64,000 nucleotides of DNA from a virus. Shown here one piece after another: positions 1 through 9,980 of this stretch (position 1 is its first letter; the number at the start of each line of letters is the position of its first letter). The stretch lies in IMG/VR virus record IMGVR_UViG_3300021091_000016; one strand, written 5' to 3'. Made by a program: the position numbers and the translations under genes. The notes under the pieces are model-generated. The model searched no databases. It was given only the letters and a program-made list of their open reading frames with translations, and was not told where the DNA came from.

Positions 1-471
1 TTGGAAATTAGGAGTGTTTTTAGTTAATACATTTTCTGCAACTACAAATAACTCTATAAACTGTTTCTTTGTTAAATTCTCTATATCATTTACAGTATAT
101 GCTTTAAATGCAGTAAATATAACTGCACGCATATGCTCATATATAGAAAGCACGGGATTCTCTTTACGAACCGCAGCTATTTTATACAATATATCAGTTT
201 GCTCGTGATCTAAACTTAAATAAAAAGCTAAATGACCAATAGTAATCATATGTCCAATAGGTGATTTCTCATTTAAAAAACTAACATCACCTATATATAC
301 TAAATTGAATATTTGCTCATAAACATAATGTTCATGGTATGATTTAGCCTTTAATAATGTTAAAAAGAATTTACTTTCCTTCAAAGTCAAAGACCTAAAA
401 ACATACATATTCTTACCAAAATTAATTTCATAATAATCAAAATTAGATTCTAATAGCTTTATTAAATTCAT
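1..471 (-). CDS. Hypothetical tail-region protein, truncated by the window edge (MNLIKLLESNFDYY...)
   Basis: Manual translation: open frame from the ATG at 471 to position 1, directly after the stop of 473-1468. Absent from the ORF track because its stop lies outside the window. Confidence 0.7.
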   Translation of the reverse strand, partial: MNLIKLLESNFDYYEINFGKNMYVFRSLTLKESKFFLTLLKAKSYHEHYVYEQIFNLVYIGDVSFLNEKSPIGHMITIGHLAFYLSLDHEQTDILYKIAAVRKENPVLSIYEHMRAVIFTAFKAYTVNDIENLTKKQFIELFVVAENVLTKNTPNFQ

Positions 472-472
472 T

Positions 473-1468
473 TTATAGCTGAGTAGTTAATAGCATTGCT
501 TGTTGTGGAGTTAAAAATCCGCTGTTAAGAAGTATCATCTGGTAAAGAGAATCAATTACGCCAGCCTTACAATTCTCAACCCAGTTAGGATTCAACTTAG
601 GATATAATACACAACCCATGCAAACCTTTTGCTTTAGCTTCTCCTCTACCTCATCTGTTTGTTCAGGTTCGGTTTTAGCCATAATTTCTTTAATAGTGCG
701 CCATTGCTTTCTAGTCAAATGATGGTAAATATAAACATCATCCTGACCAAAAGCCATTACATGAACTCCAGTACTTCCAAATTCTTCTTTCCATAGCTTA
801 ATTTGATTCTCGCTAGGGGCATCTGATTTAGCTTCTAGTAATGAAAAGATTTGAGCCTTCATGGCTAATTCGGGATTGTCATTTCCTGAGCTTCTTAATG
901 ATTCTAATTCATCATCTAAATTCATGGTGATTTCTTTCTGTTTGATTAGTTTAATAGTTATAGGTTGTTTTTTATTTTCAAAAAACTCATACCAGAAATT
1001 AAAAAACTCTACAGAGACGTCATCCTTGTAAAGCTCTTTTGTTTTTCTGTTTTCTACACTAAGGTATAGTGTAGGGATTTTTTTTATATTGTCAAAGGAA
1101 CAAAGTGTAAAAGTGTCAATAATTGATGAAAAATAAGTGTCATTTTTAACAGTTTTTTTTGTGTCATTTTTGACAGAAATATTTTCACTATTATTGACAT
1201 ATTTTAAGCCTAGTTTTTTAGCTTGTAGTCTGGTTAAAGCTTTTTCCTTAGGTGCTTCCTGAGGAGTCTCTGCTATATTTAACTCTGATTTGATTTTATC
1301 TACAAGCGCTTGATGCTCGGCTTTTGCTTGTTCAAAAGCCTCTTTAGGTATTGCTCTTAAAATACTATCTGCAGTTGGAGAATTACGTCTTAAAGCATTC
1401 AATGCTTTCTCAGATAAAGGGTCTCCAAACAAAACCATCCCCTTATCATCTGCTAAACCCTTTGGCAT
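473..1468 (-). CDS. Hypothetical protein; the C-terminal ~150 aa (from the in-frame ATG at 925) may be a tail assembly chaperone
   Basis: Lies downstream of the tail tube genes; the central part overlaps a DNA palindrome array. Confidence 0.5.
   Translation of the reverse strand: MPKGLADDKGMVLFGDPLSEKALNALRRNSPTADSILRAIPKEAFEQAKAEHQALVDKIKSELNIAETPQEAPKEKALTRLQAKKLGLKYVNNSENISVKNDTKKTVKNDTYFSSIIDTFTLCSFDNIKKIPTLYLSVENRKTKELYKDDVSVEFFNFWYEFFENKKQPITIKLIKQKEITMNLDDELESLRSSGNDNPELAMKAQIFSLLEAKSDAPSENQIKLWKEEFGSTGVHVMAFGQDDVYIYHHLTRKQWRTIKEIMAKTEPEQTDEVEEKLKQKVCMGCVLYPKLNPNWVENCKAGVIDSLYQMILLNSGFLTPQQAMLLTTQL
1090..1199. repeat. Array of five degenerate TGTCA-N4-TGACA palindromes, 24-bp period
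   Basis: TGTCA at 1090, 1114, 1138, 1162; TGACA at 1171, 1195. Confidence 0.85.
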
Positions 1469-1477
1469 ATTCCCTCT

Positions 1478-1912
1478 TTACTGATTATTACTATTGCTAT
1501 TTATTATCTCTCTAGCAGCAAATGAATATTCTGTCAATATAACAGTGTCATCTATTTGTATAGTTTGTCCATAGCCTATAATAAAACAAGTTTTTAGTAA
1601 AATTTCTTTGCCGCTTCCAAAATCAATTTTTATATCAAAAAATTGATTTATAGAAGATAAATCCTCTCCTATAAAATAATCTTTTTTGCTTTCTATTTCC
1701 TTTGGATTCTTAAAATTAATAACAAATTTACCCTGTACTAAATGCTTGCCATCTAATACTGCATCAAACTTTCGACTAAAATAAGAATATATTGGTTGCT
1801 TTGAATAAGAGATTTGATAGCTAACGCCTACTGCATCTAGTTCGTGACTTCCAAAATAAAGTTTAATATTAGCGCCACTAAAATATTCGTAACTAAATTC
1901 ACCTGAACTCAT
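1478..1912 (-). CDS. Tail tube-like virion protein (paralog 3)
   Basis: Shares FSGA..K, SYQI..SKQPIY and G..LVQG motifs with the two upstream paralogs. Confidence 0.6.
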   Translation of the reverse strand: MSSGEFSYEYFSGANIKLYFGSHELDAVGVSYQISYSKQPIYSYFSRKFDAVLDGKHLVQGKFVINFKNPKEIESKKDYFIGEDLSSINQFFDIKIDFGSGKEILLKTCFIIGYGQTIQIDDTVILTEYSFAAREIINSNSNNQ

Positions 1913-1939
1913 ATTTACTCTCTTTATAAAAATGTATTA

Positions 1940-3079
1940 TCAATTTGATACTAATTCATCTATTCTTCTTTCTAGAAGGGAATTTTCTCCATACAATGAA
2001 TCGTATAATTTTTGATTTGATGCTAAATAACTAAAAAATCTTTGATCTTCAACGTTGCTGCTACCTATATTTCTCGATAAATCTTGTATAGCTTCAATCT
2101 GTGCTGCAACATTTTCATAAAGCTCCATTTTCTTTTTTAAAGAAAAATATTCTTGTTTTTCTTTATCATTCATTGAAGCTGTTTCGTCTAGCATCTCTTG
2201 AGTCACTTCAATTGAAGCTTCTTTAATTTGTTTTATTTCATTTATTTCTTCATTCACTTTTCTTTGAGCTTCTACAAGTTCTGAAATTTGATTCTGAATC
2301 TCAGTACTGGCCTTTTTAGTAGCAGCACTATTTTGAATTAATAAAAGTTTATTATAATTTGCTTGTATACTTTCAGAATATTTTTGAATATTCTTCATTA
2401 AAATTTTAACATTTGCACTTTGTGTTTGACTTAATGTTGCTGTTGTATCAGCAACTTGATTTGAATTAGAAGTAATTCCGCTAGATGATGAATTATTATT
2501 TGTTACCGCACTTACTGATTGAGATTCTGCATTCTTTTTGATTCTTTCAGCTGTTGAAAATTCTGTACAATCTTTAGCCATAAATTGAACTACTACTTCT
2601 GTCATCATATCGTTTATAGATGTCACAATACTTTGAGATATAATTTCAATACCCTGTATTAGTAATTCAGAATGAGTTAGTCCGTTTTGATTATCACTAT
2701 AACCTGTTTTAAACAGGTTATCCTCTGATTGATACGTCAATCTTAAATCAAATGGTTTACTATTAGTAAAAAATTTATTTGAATTTAAAGTATCGCTAGT
2801 AACGCCGATAGATTTATATCGACCTTGATTTATATGTTTTGCAGCGGGATGGTCTCTTAATATAATTAATACCATTGTACCTGCAATAGTTCTTATTGAT
2901 TTAGTAAATCCAACCACATGAGGCCTACCCAATCTTCTTACTGGACTTTTTTGTTCATTTATTTGAAAACTTATAGTAGCCAGAGAATCTAAAAAATACC
3001 CTGTATCACTAGTATTCTCTGTATACACAAAAGCTCTTACATCTGCTCCAGAAAAAGAAAATGGGTAGGAAACGGTCAT
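1940..3079 (-). CDS. Tail tube-like protein (paralog 2) with coiled-coil C-terminal extension
   Basis: SFSGADV, ISFQINEQKSPV..LG and RTIAGTM motifs match 3092-3817. Confidence 0.6.
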   Translation of the reverse strand: MTVSYPFSFSGADVRAFVYTENTSDTGYFLDSLATISFQINEQKSPVRRLGRPHVVGFTKSIRTIAGTMVLIILRDHPAAKHINQGRYKSIGVTSDTLNSNKFFTNSKPFDLRLTYQSEDNLFKTGYSDNQNGLTHSELLIQGIEIISQSIVTSINDMMTEVVVQFMAKDCTEFSTAERIKKNAESQSVSAVTNNNSSSSGITSNSNQVADTTATLSQTQSANVKILMKNIQKYSESIQANYNKLLLIQNSAATKKASTEIQNQISELVEAQRKVNEEINEIKQIKEASIEVTQEMLDETASMNDKEKQEYFSLKKKMELYENVAAQIEAIQDLSRNIGSSNVEDQRFFSYLASNQKLYDSLYGENSLLERRIDELVSN

Positions 3080-3091
3080 TTATATTCCTTA

Positions 3092-3817
3092 TTATTGTGC
3101 TGAATTGCCACGTGTGAAATTGCTGGTTTGATCTTGAGCTAAAGCAGTCCAAGGTAAAAGAGTACGACACACATAAGTCATTTGATTTTCAATAACGATA
3201 TCATCAATAGAAAAGCCAGAGCCTTCATTCAAGATTTCGCAACCAAATAATCTCATTTGTGCTGCATTACCATACTCGTTTACTGCATGAATTACAACAT
3301 CAAAAGGTAGGATTTGATCAACATAAAATACCTTAGTCCAACTGTTAAGCCTATTTAAGTCAGCAACATTGGCACCAACAGTTACTTCAGGGGTAATTGC
3401 TCGAGCAATATTACTAATCGGCGATGCATTAAGTGGAGTAGCATTCTGGTTGGCTTCACCTAGCTGTTGTAATATTGCAGAGGTATTATTCACTGAAGCA
3501 TCTTTTAAACCACCGTCAGTAGCAGTAGAAGCAAAGATTTCACCCTTATCTAAATATGCCTTCTCACCTTTAAAAGCATCTGTATTGAGCATATGCTGAT
3601 TTAACATTAAGCTAATCATTGTACCAGCAATACCACGCTTACCACGAGAAAAGCTAATTGGGTCTACGCTACCCATTACATAGATAGGCGCTTTCTCACG
3701 CTGAATAGCATAAGAAACAGCTTGCATGCTACCAGCCACAGAACCATTAATAACAACTTTAATATCTACACCAGCAAAGGAGGTGTAGGTTTTAGCTAAA
3801 TCTAATGAACTTGCCAT
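3092..3817 (-). CDS. Tail tube protein
   Basis: Immediately after the sheath gene; SFAGVDI, VSYAIQREKAPIY and RGKRGIAGTM motifs. Confidence 0.7.
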   Translation of the reverse strand: MASSLDLAKTYTSFAGVDIKVVINGSVAGSMQAVSYAIQREKAPIYVMGSVDPISFSRGKRGIAGTMISLMLNQHMLNTDAFKGEKAYLDKGEIFASTATDGGLKDASVNNTSAILQQLGEANQNATPLNASPISNIARAITPEVTVGANVADLNRLNSWTKVFYVDQILPFDVVIHAVNEYGNAAQMRLFGCEILNEGSGFSIDDIVIENQMTYVCRTLLPWTALAQDQTSNFTRGNSAQ

Positions 3818-3836
3818 AATTAATTATACTCCTAAA

Positions 3837-6359
3837 TTATTGTGGAGGAAGCACTGTTAAATCGACATTAACAGTTTCTAGAGAGAAAGGAGGAATGAAG
3901 CTTACAGAAACATTCATACGTCCTGCAATTTCATCTAATCTAGAGGCTTGAATTACAGGTGGGTTATAGCCTTGAATATTTCCAAGTCTAACCTCGCCAG
4001 TCATAAACCCTTCAATTCTTTGTGAAAGTGTTGCGCGTGCAAAATCAACTGTTTTACCTAGGAATGGTAATGCAAGCTGTCTTACGTTATTTAGAATTCT
4101 ATTAGCGGCACGAATAGTAGAAACTCTAGTATAATCAGAGCTTGGTAGTGCGGCGGTTCTAAGCAAGCTTAAAGCACCAATTCTATCAAACATACAAACT
4201 CTACCTAAAGCCAAACTATTGAGAATTGATTTAGGAACAATAGCACCACTTACAGTGACACCAGAAATCAAACCATTAACTGGACCAATAGGCTCCTCGT
4301 TAATTGGCAATGATGCTAGCTTACCCATAATTGCAGGAGCAAGATTAACATAAGCATTGAACTTATCAAATAGCTTAATTCTACTTACATTAGTTGTATT
4401 CTTAGCAATGGTACCCCAAGAACCGCAAACTACAACATGCTTACCTAAATCAATTGGCAAACCTTTTTCGTCTGCAGCTTCATCTTGGTCATCGATACCA
4501 TAGGGCTCACCATTAGGTAATAAAGCACCTGTAGTAAGAATGATACCACCAAATGGACGTCCAGCTCTATAGGATGAAGACCCAAACAAAAGCTTGTTAC
4601 TTTGTAGCTTAGTACCATTGGAGCTAACTACTAATTCACCAGAATCACTAACGGTATAGGTTGGACCAGCACCAGCCCATTTAACAATACCATCATTGCT
4701 AGCTTGAGGAGCAGTAGTAGGTACAAATGCTATACATTGAGTTTGTACAGTTGATGCTTTATAGGCTAATTGAGCGGCCTGATGTAAGAAACTAATTTCT
4801 CTTACTTCGTCATTAGAAGCAACTAGTTCTGCAGCTCCAAGATCACTTTCATCCTTCCAATCAAGTAATCTTCTAAGTACAGCTTCAGGAACAACAGCAC
4901 CAGTTAATTCAAAAGGAGTCATCACGAATGGGTCAGAATTGATTTGACTTGGATTTGCTTTTAGATAATCCGAAAGGGTTCTCACTCCACCAACTTCAGA
5001 GACTCTAATTCTTGTTGATGATAATACACCAGCATTAGCAGTAATTACCAAAGTAAAAAATCCTGTATCTACTTCAATACCGGCTGTTAAATGAGCAGCT
5101 GTTTCTGTAACAAGGATCTTAATTAAACCCTTATCAGTTGGGTAAATCTCAACGCTTGCACTACCCCCTTGAACAACTTCAAGCTCTACTAGATTTAGTA
5201 AATCTCCTATAAGCTTTTGTCCTGCAGTTAGCTTAATGCTATAATTAGTTGCAATTGCAATTGGAGCATCTGCAGCTTCATCACCTAAATTTGCAGCCAA
5301 GAATGGATTTTTTCTACCAAACATAAATACATATGGCTTACCCTCATATACATACTTCCACATATATCCTAGACTGTAATTACCATAATCTACTGCTAAA
5401 TCATTAGTTGCAGTGGTAATATCAAATGGATAAACATCAGCACAACAACCATCACAATAAATCATTTCGGAATTTAAATAATCTAAATCCTCATATTTTG
5501 CTTCCATGCTAGCAAATCTTTCTAGGTAAGAAATACTGCTAGCGTCAACTGGACCTGGTTGATGCTTGACAAGACTATATACAGCATTTGAAACAGCAGC
5601 ACTATTATTAGTTGCAACAGCATTAAATGCATGAATGTCGCCAATCAGAATATCACTAAACTTCTTTAAATTTGTAGAAGTAATAGTACCAATAGCATCT
5701 ATTACATCATTTAAAGAATCTGCTGCGCCAACAGCACCCAAAGCATGAGGTGTAAATAATATTTGGCTAATACCTGCATCATTATTAATTTCTACTTCAA
5801 AATCAGAAAGATTTTGAGTCAAAACCATTTCACTATCATATACTACGCTATCAGGAGTACTACCACTGTTGATTTGATAAATAATTACTCTTTGCTTGTA
5901 AATGTTATTCTTTTTTACTGGTAGTAGCGCAAGCTTAAGTACGGAGAAAACGTTTACATCACTTGAATCTAAACGAATTAGACCAGTTCTTTTTGGAGAA
6001 ATTCTAATGATAGTTTCTGTTTCAGTTTTACCTGAAAGTACTTTCTTAATTAAAAGATGCTCTTCCTTGGCCCCAACTCTAACAACCTCAACCTGAGGAG
6101 CACCAGCTTGACCAGGAACTACGGATGTATTTCCAAGACTAAGCTGTGCAGCATTAGCTAGTTCGCTGAACTCACCAAATTCATTCATGATTCTTTGTAA
6201 AGATTCTGCAGTGTAAATACGACCGTTAATACCTTTTTCGGAAGCACCTGCAATTAAAATCTTTGGACCAGCTGGATTATTTGTAGTTTTGCTAAGATTC
6301 CCGTCATTGTATGTACTATTGACGCCTGGAACTCTGCTATAAAAATCTTTGTAAGCCAT
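3837..6359 (-). CDS. Contractile tail sheath protein
   Basis: N-terminal PGV motif, C-terminal GRMNVSVSFIPPFSLETVNVDL sheath-like end, 840 aa, synteny. Confidence 0.8.
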   Translation of the reverse strand: MAYKDFYSRVPGVNSTYNDGNLSKTTNNPAGPKILIAGASEKGINGRIYTAESLQRIMNEFGEFSELANAAQLSLGNTSVVPGQAGAPQVEVVRVGAKEEHLLIKKVLSGKTETETIIRISPKRTGLIRLDSSDVNVFSVLKLALLPVKKNNIYKQRVIIYQINSGSTPDSVVYDSEMVLTQNLSDFEVEINNDAGISQILFTPHALGAVGAADSLNDVIDAIGTITSTNLKKFSDILIGDIHAFNAVATNNSAAVSNAVYSLVKHQPGPVDASSISYLERFASMEAKYEDLDYLNSEMIYCDGCCADVYPFDITTATNDLAVDYGNYSLGYMWKYVYEGKPYVFMFGRKNPFLAANLGDEAADAPIAIATNYSIKLTAGQKLIGDLLNLVELEVVQGGSASVEIYPTDKGLIKILVTETAAHLTAGIEVDTGFFTLVITANAGVLSSTRIRVSEVGGVRTLSDYLKANPSQINSDPFVMTPFELTGAVVPEAVLRRLLDWKDESDLGAAELVASNDEVREISFLHQAAQLAYKASTVQTQCIAFVPTTAPQASNDGIVKWAGAGPTYTVSDSGELVVSSNGTKLQSNKLLFGSSSYRAGRPFGGIILTTGALLPNGEPYGIDDQDEAADEKGLPIDLGKHVVVCGSWGTIAKNTTNVSRIKLFDKFNAYVNLAPAIMGKLASLPINEEPIGPVNGLISGVTVSGAIVPKSILNSLALGRVCMFDRIGALSLLRTAALPSSDYTRVSTIRAANRILNNVRQLALPFLGKTVDFARATLSQRIEGFMTGEVRLGNIQGYNPPVIQASRLDEIAGRMNVSVSFIPPFSLETVNVDLTVLPPQ

Positions 6360-6372
6360 AATAGCCTCCTAT

Positions 6373-7104
6373 TCATTTTTTAGAAACATTTATAAGTAGT
6401 TCTCTTAAGATTGACTCTGCTTTGATATCAAATTCTCTGAAACGTAAAAAGAATTGTAATGGGCGGTAAAAAATTCTTTGTCCACCTACTGTCATGTAAG
6501 TGTCAGACATTCGGTTCTCCCAGTAAAATCTTTCTGCGCCTTTGATTTTAAATACAAAAGCATTGTTGATTAACAATTTCTCTAACCAAACCACTCTATC
6601 ATTTGCAAGTTTATTGCTTTTAGCCCAGCAAGTAAACTCAACAATATGATCCACTGGTCTAGATTCTACAGTTATTATTTTGTTTGGTTCATATGGTGTC
6701 GAGCCTTGATGAGAAAAGGTTGCTTCTCTAACAGGTCTGCCGGTAGCAGTTCTATTCATCATTGCAGGTTTTCTAGAAACTACCTTAAAGGTAATTACTT
6801 CATCACCATAAGTATCCATCGTTTCCGGAGGATACTCTTCCACTAATTTAACTATCTTAGACTCAATTATTCCACTTCTTTTTTGCGCATCTAGTATTAA
6901 ATTACTAGCTGTAGCAAAAAATTCATTTAATGTTAAAGGTATTGTGTTTGGTAAAAAGTGATTTAAATCAATTTCATAAGGATTAGTTAATTTAACTTGA
7001 GAGCTTAAACTTTCAATTAAATTTTCATTCTCGTCAATAATTCGGCACTCGACGTTATACAATTTTTCTAATACTGATTCATCGTAATTAAAATCTACTT
7101 TCAT
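6373..7104 (-). CDS. Putative tail terminator / neck protein
   Basis: Synteny between head genes and sheath. Confidence 0.5.
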   Translation of the reverse strand: MKVDFNYDESVLEKLYNVECRIIDENENLIESLSSQVKLTNPYEIDLNHFLPNTIPLTLNEFFATASNLILDAQKRSGIIESKIVKLVEEYPPETMDTYGDEVITFKVVSRKPAMMNRTATGRPVREATFSHQGSTPYEPNKIITVESRPVDHIVEFTCWAKSNKLANDRVVWLEKLLINNAFVFKIKGAERFYWENRMSDTYMTVGGQRIFYRPLQFFLRFREFDIKAESILRELLINVSKK

Positions 7105-7652
7105 TAATCATTCAACCTTATTGAGCTTTCTTCTCTACAGTGTACAGCAATATATTCAACTCGACCATTGTCAGACCTATACTTTTGTATAGTTTCTGGT
7201 CGATATATCACTTCTCTTTTGTATGGTATAACTAATTCTCCTTCTAAATCAAGACTCATCTCTATTATCTTGTCTTTATAAGTTATATTTGTGTCATATC
7301 GAAAATAAAAAGTTTTATAATCAGTTCTTATTTCTCCAGGAGCAATCCTTCTAAAACGAGAATGAAATGAGTCTCCACCTTTCATTGTTGAGTAACATTC
7401 TACAAATTGTTCATCCCAAATATATTTTTCACCTAAACAAAAATTACATGATGTTTCTGTAGATGCTTCATCTGTTAAGAAAGAAGCACATTTACATTTT
7501 ACTAATTGATTATCTTGTGCGCGGCGGAATTTACGAATCAAAACCTTGTGCGCATGCTTTACTCCACCAGATTTACCTAATATAAAATCATCAAAGGTTC
7601 TTCTCAAATCCTTTTCACGAGAAACCTTGTGATATTGTCGTTTGAAAACCAT
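7104..7652 (-). CDS. Putative head closure / neck protein
   Basis: Synteny; CxC...CxxC Zn-binding-like motif. Confidence 0.5.
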   Translation of the reverse strand: MVFKRQYHKVSREKDLRRTFDDFILGKSGGVKHAHKVLIRKFRRAQDNQLVKCKCASFLTDEASTETSCNFCLGEKYIWDEQFVECYSTMKGGDSFHSRFRRIAPGEIRTDYKTFYFRYDTNITYKDKIIEMSLDLEGELVIPYKREVIYRPETIQKYRSDNGRVEYIAVHCREESSIRLND

Positions 7653-8647
7653 TATACATTTCTCCCTAATCTACTAGTTGTAAAATAATAATAATTCCAA
7701 ATAGTAAAACCAGACTTGTATTTTTCTTCTCCAGGCTTCTTGTATTTACTATTATTAGTTGGTAACCAATAATATTCATTCCATGGGTCATGCCATTGAC
7801 GAGAAACAAGATTGTGGTCTGCTCTTTTGGCGGATTTAGAAGCAAATGTAGGTCCTAGAGATTGTCCAATAGTTATATGACCACCGGCATTAACAACTCT
7901 CAACCATTCTTCCTTTTGTTCTTTATATTCCTTAAGAAGGTCTTTAATATCCAAGTCCAAATCCGAATTTTGCACTGACAAGTCCCCCAAGGTTTTATGG
8001 GTTTTAGAATTAGAACCATAGGAACCAACAGGCATTGTAAACAGGCTAATAGCAGCATCAAATAAAACAAATCTAGTTCGCGCATAATAATAATTAGGTC
8101 CTACTGGTTTTTTGCAGGTTATTTGGTCAGCCTTCATAGAAGACCAATGTATTGCTAATGCTAATGTATCATCGGGAATATCATTCATCCAAGTACCACA
8201 TTCGACTCTAAGCATTTCTATTGGTGCATAATAAGGATTAAATTCTGTGCAGAAAAATACTTCCTCTGTTTGTTCAAGAGTATTACCATCTACATCAGCA
8301 ATTGATTCATCTATAGTAATTAGTATTAATTGATTATAATCAATCATATTTTGATGATTGATTATTTTACCGCCACTAGTTACTTCAAAATCAAAATCAA
8401 ATACTGTATCGACACCATCAATTAAAGCAGTCCACTCTTCCTTGTAAAATCCAGCAAAATCAGTAGTACTATAATCAATATAATAGAATCCTGTTTCTAC
8501 TCGAGTAAAACCATTTAAAATATTAACCTGATCACCATTAGGCTTTGTTATTAATAACTCAAATTGAACAGGATCAATTGGAGTATTGTTCGAATCGGTA
8601 AATAAAACCTTAAGTTTGATGCTTTGATTTAAAGAAACTCTTCTCAT
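7652..8647 (-). CDS. Putative head-tail adaptor with N-terminal Ig-like domain
   Basis: Synteny; beta-rich N-terminus (ETGFYYIDY...GFYKEEW) and KTLGDLSV motif. Confidence 0.5.
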   Translation of the reverse strand: MRRVSLNQSIKLKVLFTDSNNTPIDPVQFELLITKPNGDQVNILNGFTRVETGFYYIDYSTTDFAGFYKEEWTALIDGVDTVFDFDFEVTSGGKIINHQNMIDYNQLILITIDESIADVDGNTLEQTEEVFFCTEFNPYYAPIEMLRVECGTWMNDIPDDTLALAIHWSSMKADQITCKKPVGPNYYYARTRFVLFDAAISLFTMPVGSYGSNSKTHKTLGDLSVQNSDLDLDIKDLLKEYKEQKEEWLRVVNAGGHITIGQSLGPTFASKSAKRADHNLVSRQWHDPWNEYYWLPTNNSKYKKPGEEKYKSGFTIWNYYYFTTSRLGRNV

Positions 8648-8655
8648 GTTACTCC

Positions 8656-9774
8656 TTAAAATTCTATAATGATTTTATTTTCTTCGACAGAAACAATTTT
8701 ATAAAGCCTATTACCTCTATCTTTAACAGAACCATTGTTAAAAAATCCAGATACTGGCATTACTTGTAGCTTAATAGTGTCTTGAGTAACAGTTAATGGA
8801 TCAATATTTTTATTAAATTCAATTACTATTCTATTTGTATCTATAGGTAGATTAATCTCACCATTATAAGGAGTAACATTTATAATTTGTAGTTTATCTA
8901 AGCTTGGGTCTTTATATATCGCGCTATTAATTGGAGAAGTAGACATATAATCTGCTTCAGGTTCAATAAAAACAGAACCATCACCAGTAGTAAAACTCAA
9001 GATATATGATTCGTCTAAAAGCTCTACTGGATAGCATTTTATAGTAATTATTTCGTTTAAATTATATTGAATATTATCAAATTTAATAACTAAACCTCTG
9101 TCAATTGAACGCCATCTGGCAGAACATCTAGAGGCTTTATTTAAATCAATTTGTTGGTCATCAAAATAATAAACATATTGTGCTTGAGAACCAATACCTG
9201 CTTGAATAATTTTTATATTCAATTCAGCAGAAATATTGTATTTATATTGACCGCGCACAAATACCCTATTGTCTACCAAATTATTTAATTCAGGAGAATA
9301 AATAGTTTTTAAAGATACTGCTTTATTGTTCTTATATATTGGGTCTAAATTTTGAGTATTAGCTCCAATTACAAAAAGCTTATATTCAGTATTTATAGCT
9401 AAAGTATTCTTAGGTGTTATTTTTGCTAAGCTATAATAATTAGTTCTATCAATATCAGATACATTATCTACTTGCTCTAAGCTTTCTCTGTCTAAATAAA
9501 ATAATTCAATATCAAATTCACAAAAGCCTTGATAGCCAGGACTTGATAAAAAATCCTTATTTTCACCTTGAGATTCATTAATCCACATTGCATTTTGTGG
9601 CATTATGGTTTTACTTGAATCCGGACCCATTAAAATACAACTATTTTTAACAGATTCTAAATCTACATCCTTATCAAATACCAAGTGTATAGATGAACCT
9701 ATCGGTACATTACTTGATTGGTTCTGTGGGTAGCTTAGATTCGTCAGTAGATTTATTGTCATTTTGCTTTGCAC
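8656..9774 (-). CDS. Ig-like (Big_5-type) domain virion protein; start is more likely at 9760
   Basis: Two repeats of P...NVP....I...F.K.(V/I)D..(S/T)V. Confidence 0.55.
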   Translation of the reverse strand: MQSKMTINLLTNLSYPQNQSSNVPIGSSIHLVFDKDVDLESVKNSCILMGPDSSKTIMPQNAMWINESQGENKDFLSSPGYQGFCEFDIELFYLDRESLEQVDNVSDIDRTNYYSLAKITPKNTLAINTEYKLFVIGANTQNLDPIYKNNKAVSLKTIYSPELNNLVDNRVFVRGQYKYNISAELNIKIIQAGIGSQAQYVYYFDDQQIDLNKASRCSARWRSIDRGLVIKFDNIQYNLNEIITIKCYPVELLDESYILSFTTGDGSVFIEPEADYMSTSPINSAIYKDPSLDKLQIINVTPYNGEINLPIDTNRIVIEFNKNIDPLTVTQDTIKLQVMPVSGFFNNGSVKDRGNRLYKIVSVEENKIIIEF

Positions 9775-9928
9775 CTATTTTAACTTCTATAAAATCTTCG
9801 TCCTCTACCATAGAAGTATAAGGATTGGTAGGGTCGTAATTAAAGTCATCTTCGTAATTTTGTTCTAAATCTTTTCGGTCTTTAAACCAACTCATTTTAT
9901 ATCTCCTATAAATAAAAAAGGGGAGCAA
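9710..9928 (-). CDS. Small acidic hypothetical protein (likely start MSWFK)
   Basis: AGGAG RBS before MSWFK. Confidence 0.45.
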   Translation of the reverse strand: MLPFFIYRRYKMSWFKDRKDLEQNYEDDFNYDPTNPYTSMVEDEDFIEVKIGAKQNDNKSTDESKLPTEPIK

Positions 9929-9939
9929 TTAAGCTCCCC
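9914..9939 (-). terminator. Rho-independent terminator after the major capsid gene
   Basis: Minus strand reads GGGGAGC-TTAATT-GCTCCCC-TTTTTT. Confidence 0.85.
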
Positions 9940-9980
9940 TCATTTATATTATACGACTTGTATTTCTACAAGATTATTTT

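Noticed and set aside
14-208. Plus-strand 64-aa ORF and the many other short antisense ORFs in the track
   Set aside because: Shadows of longer opposite-strand genes, without RBS or motifs
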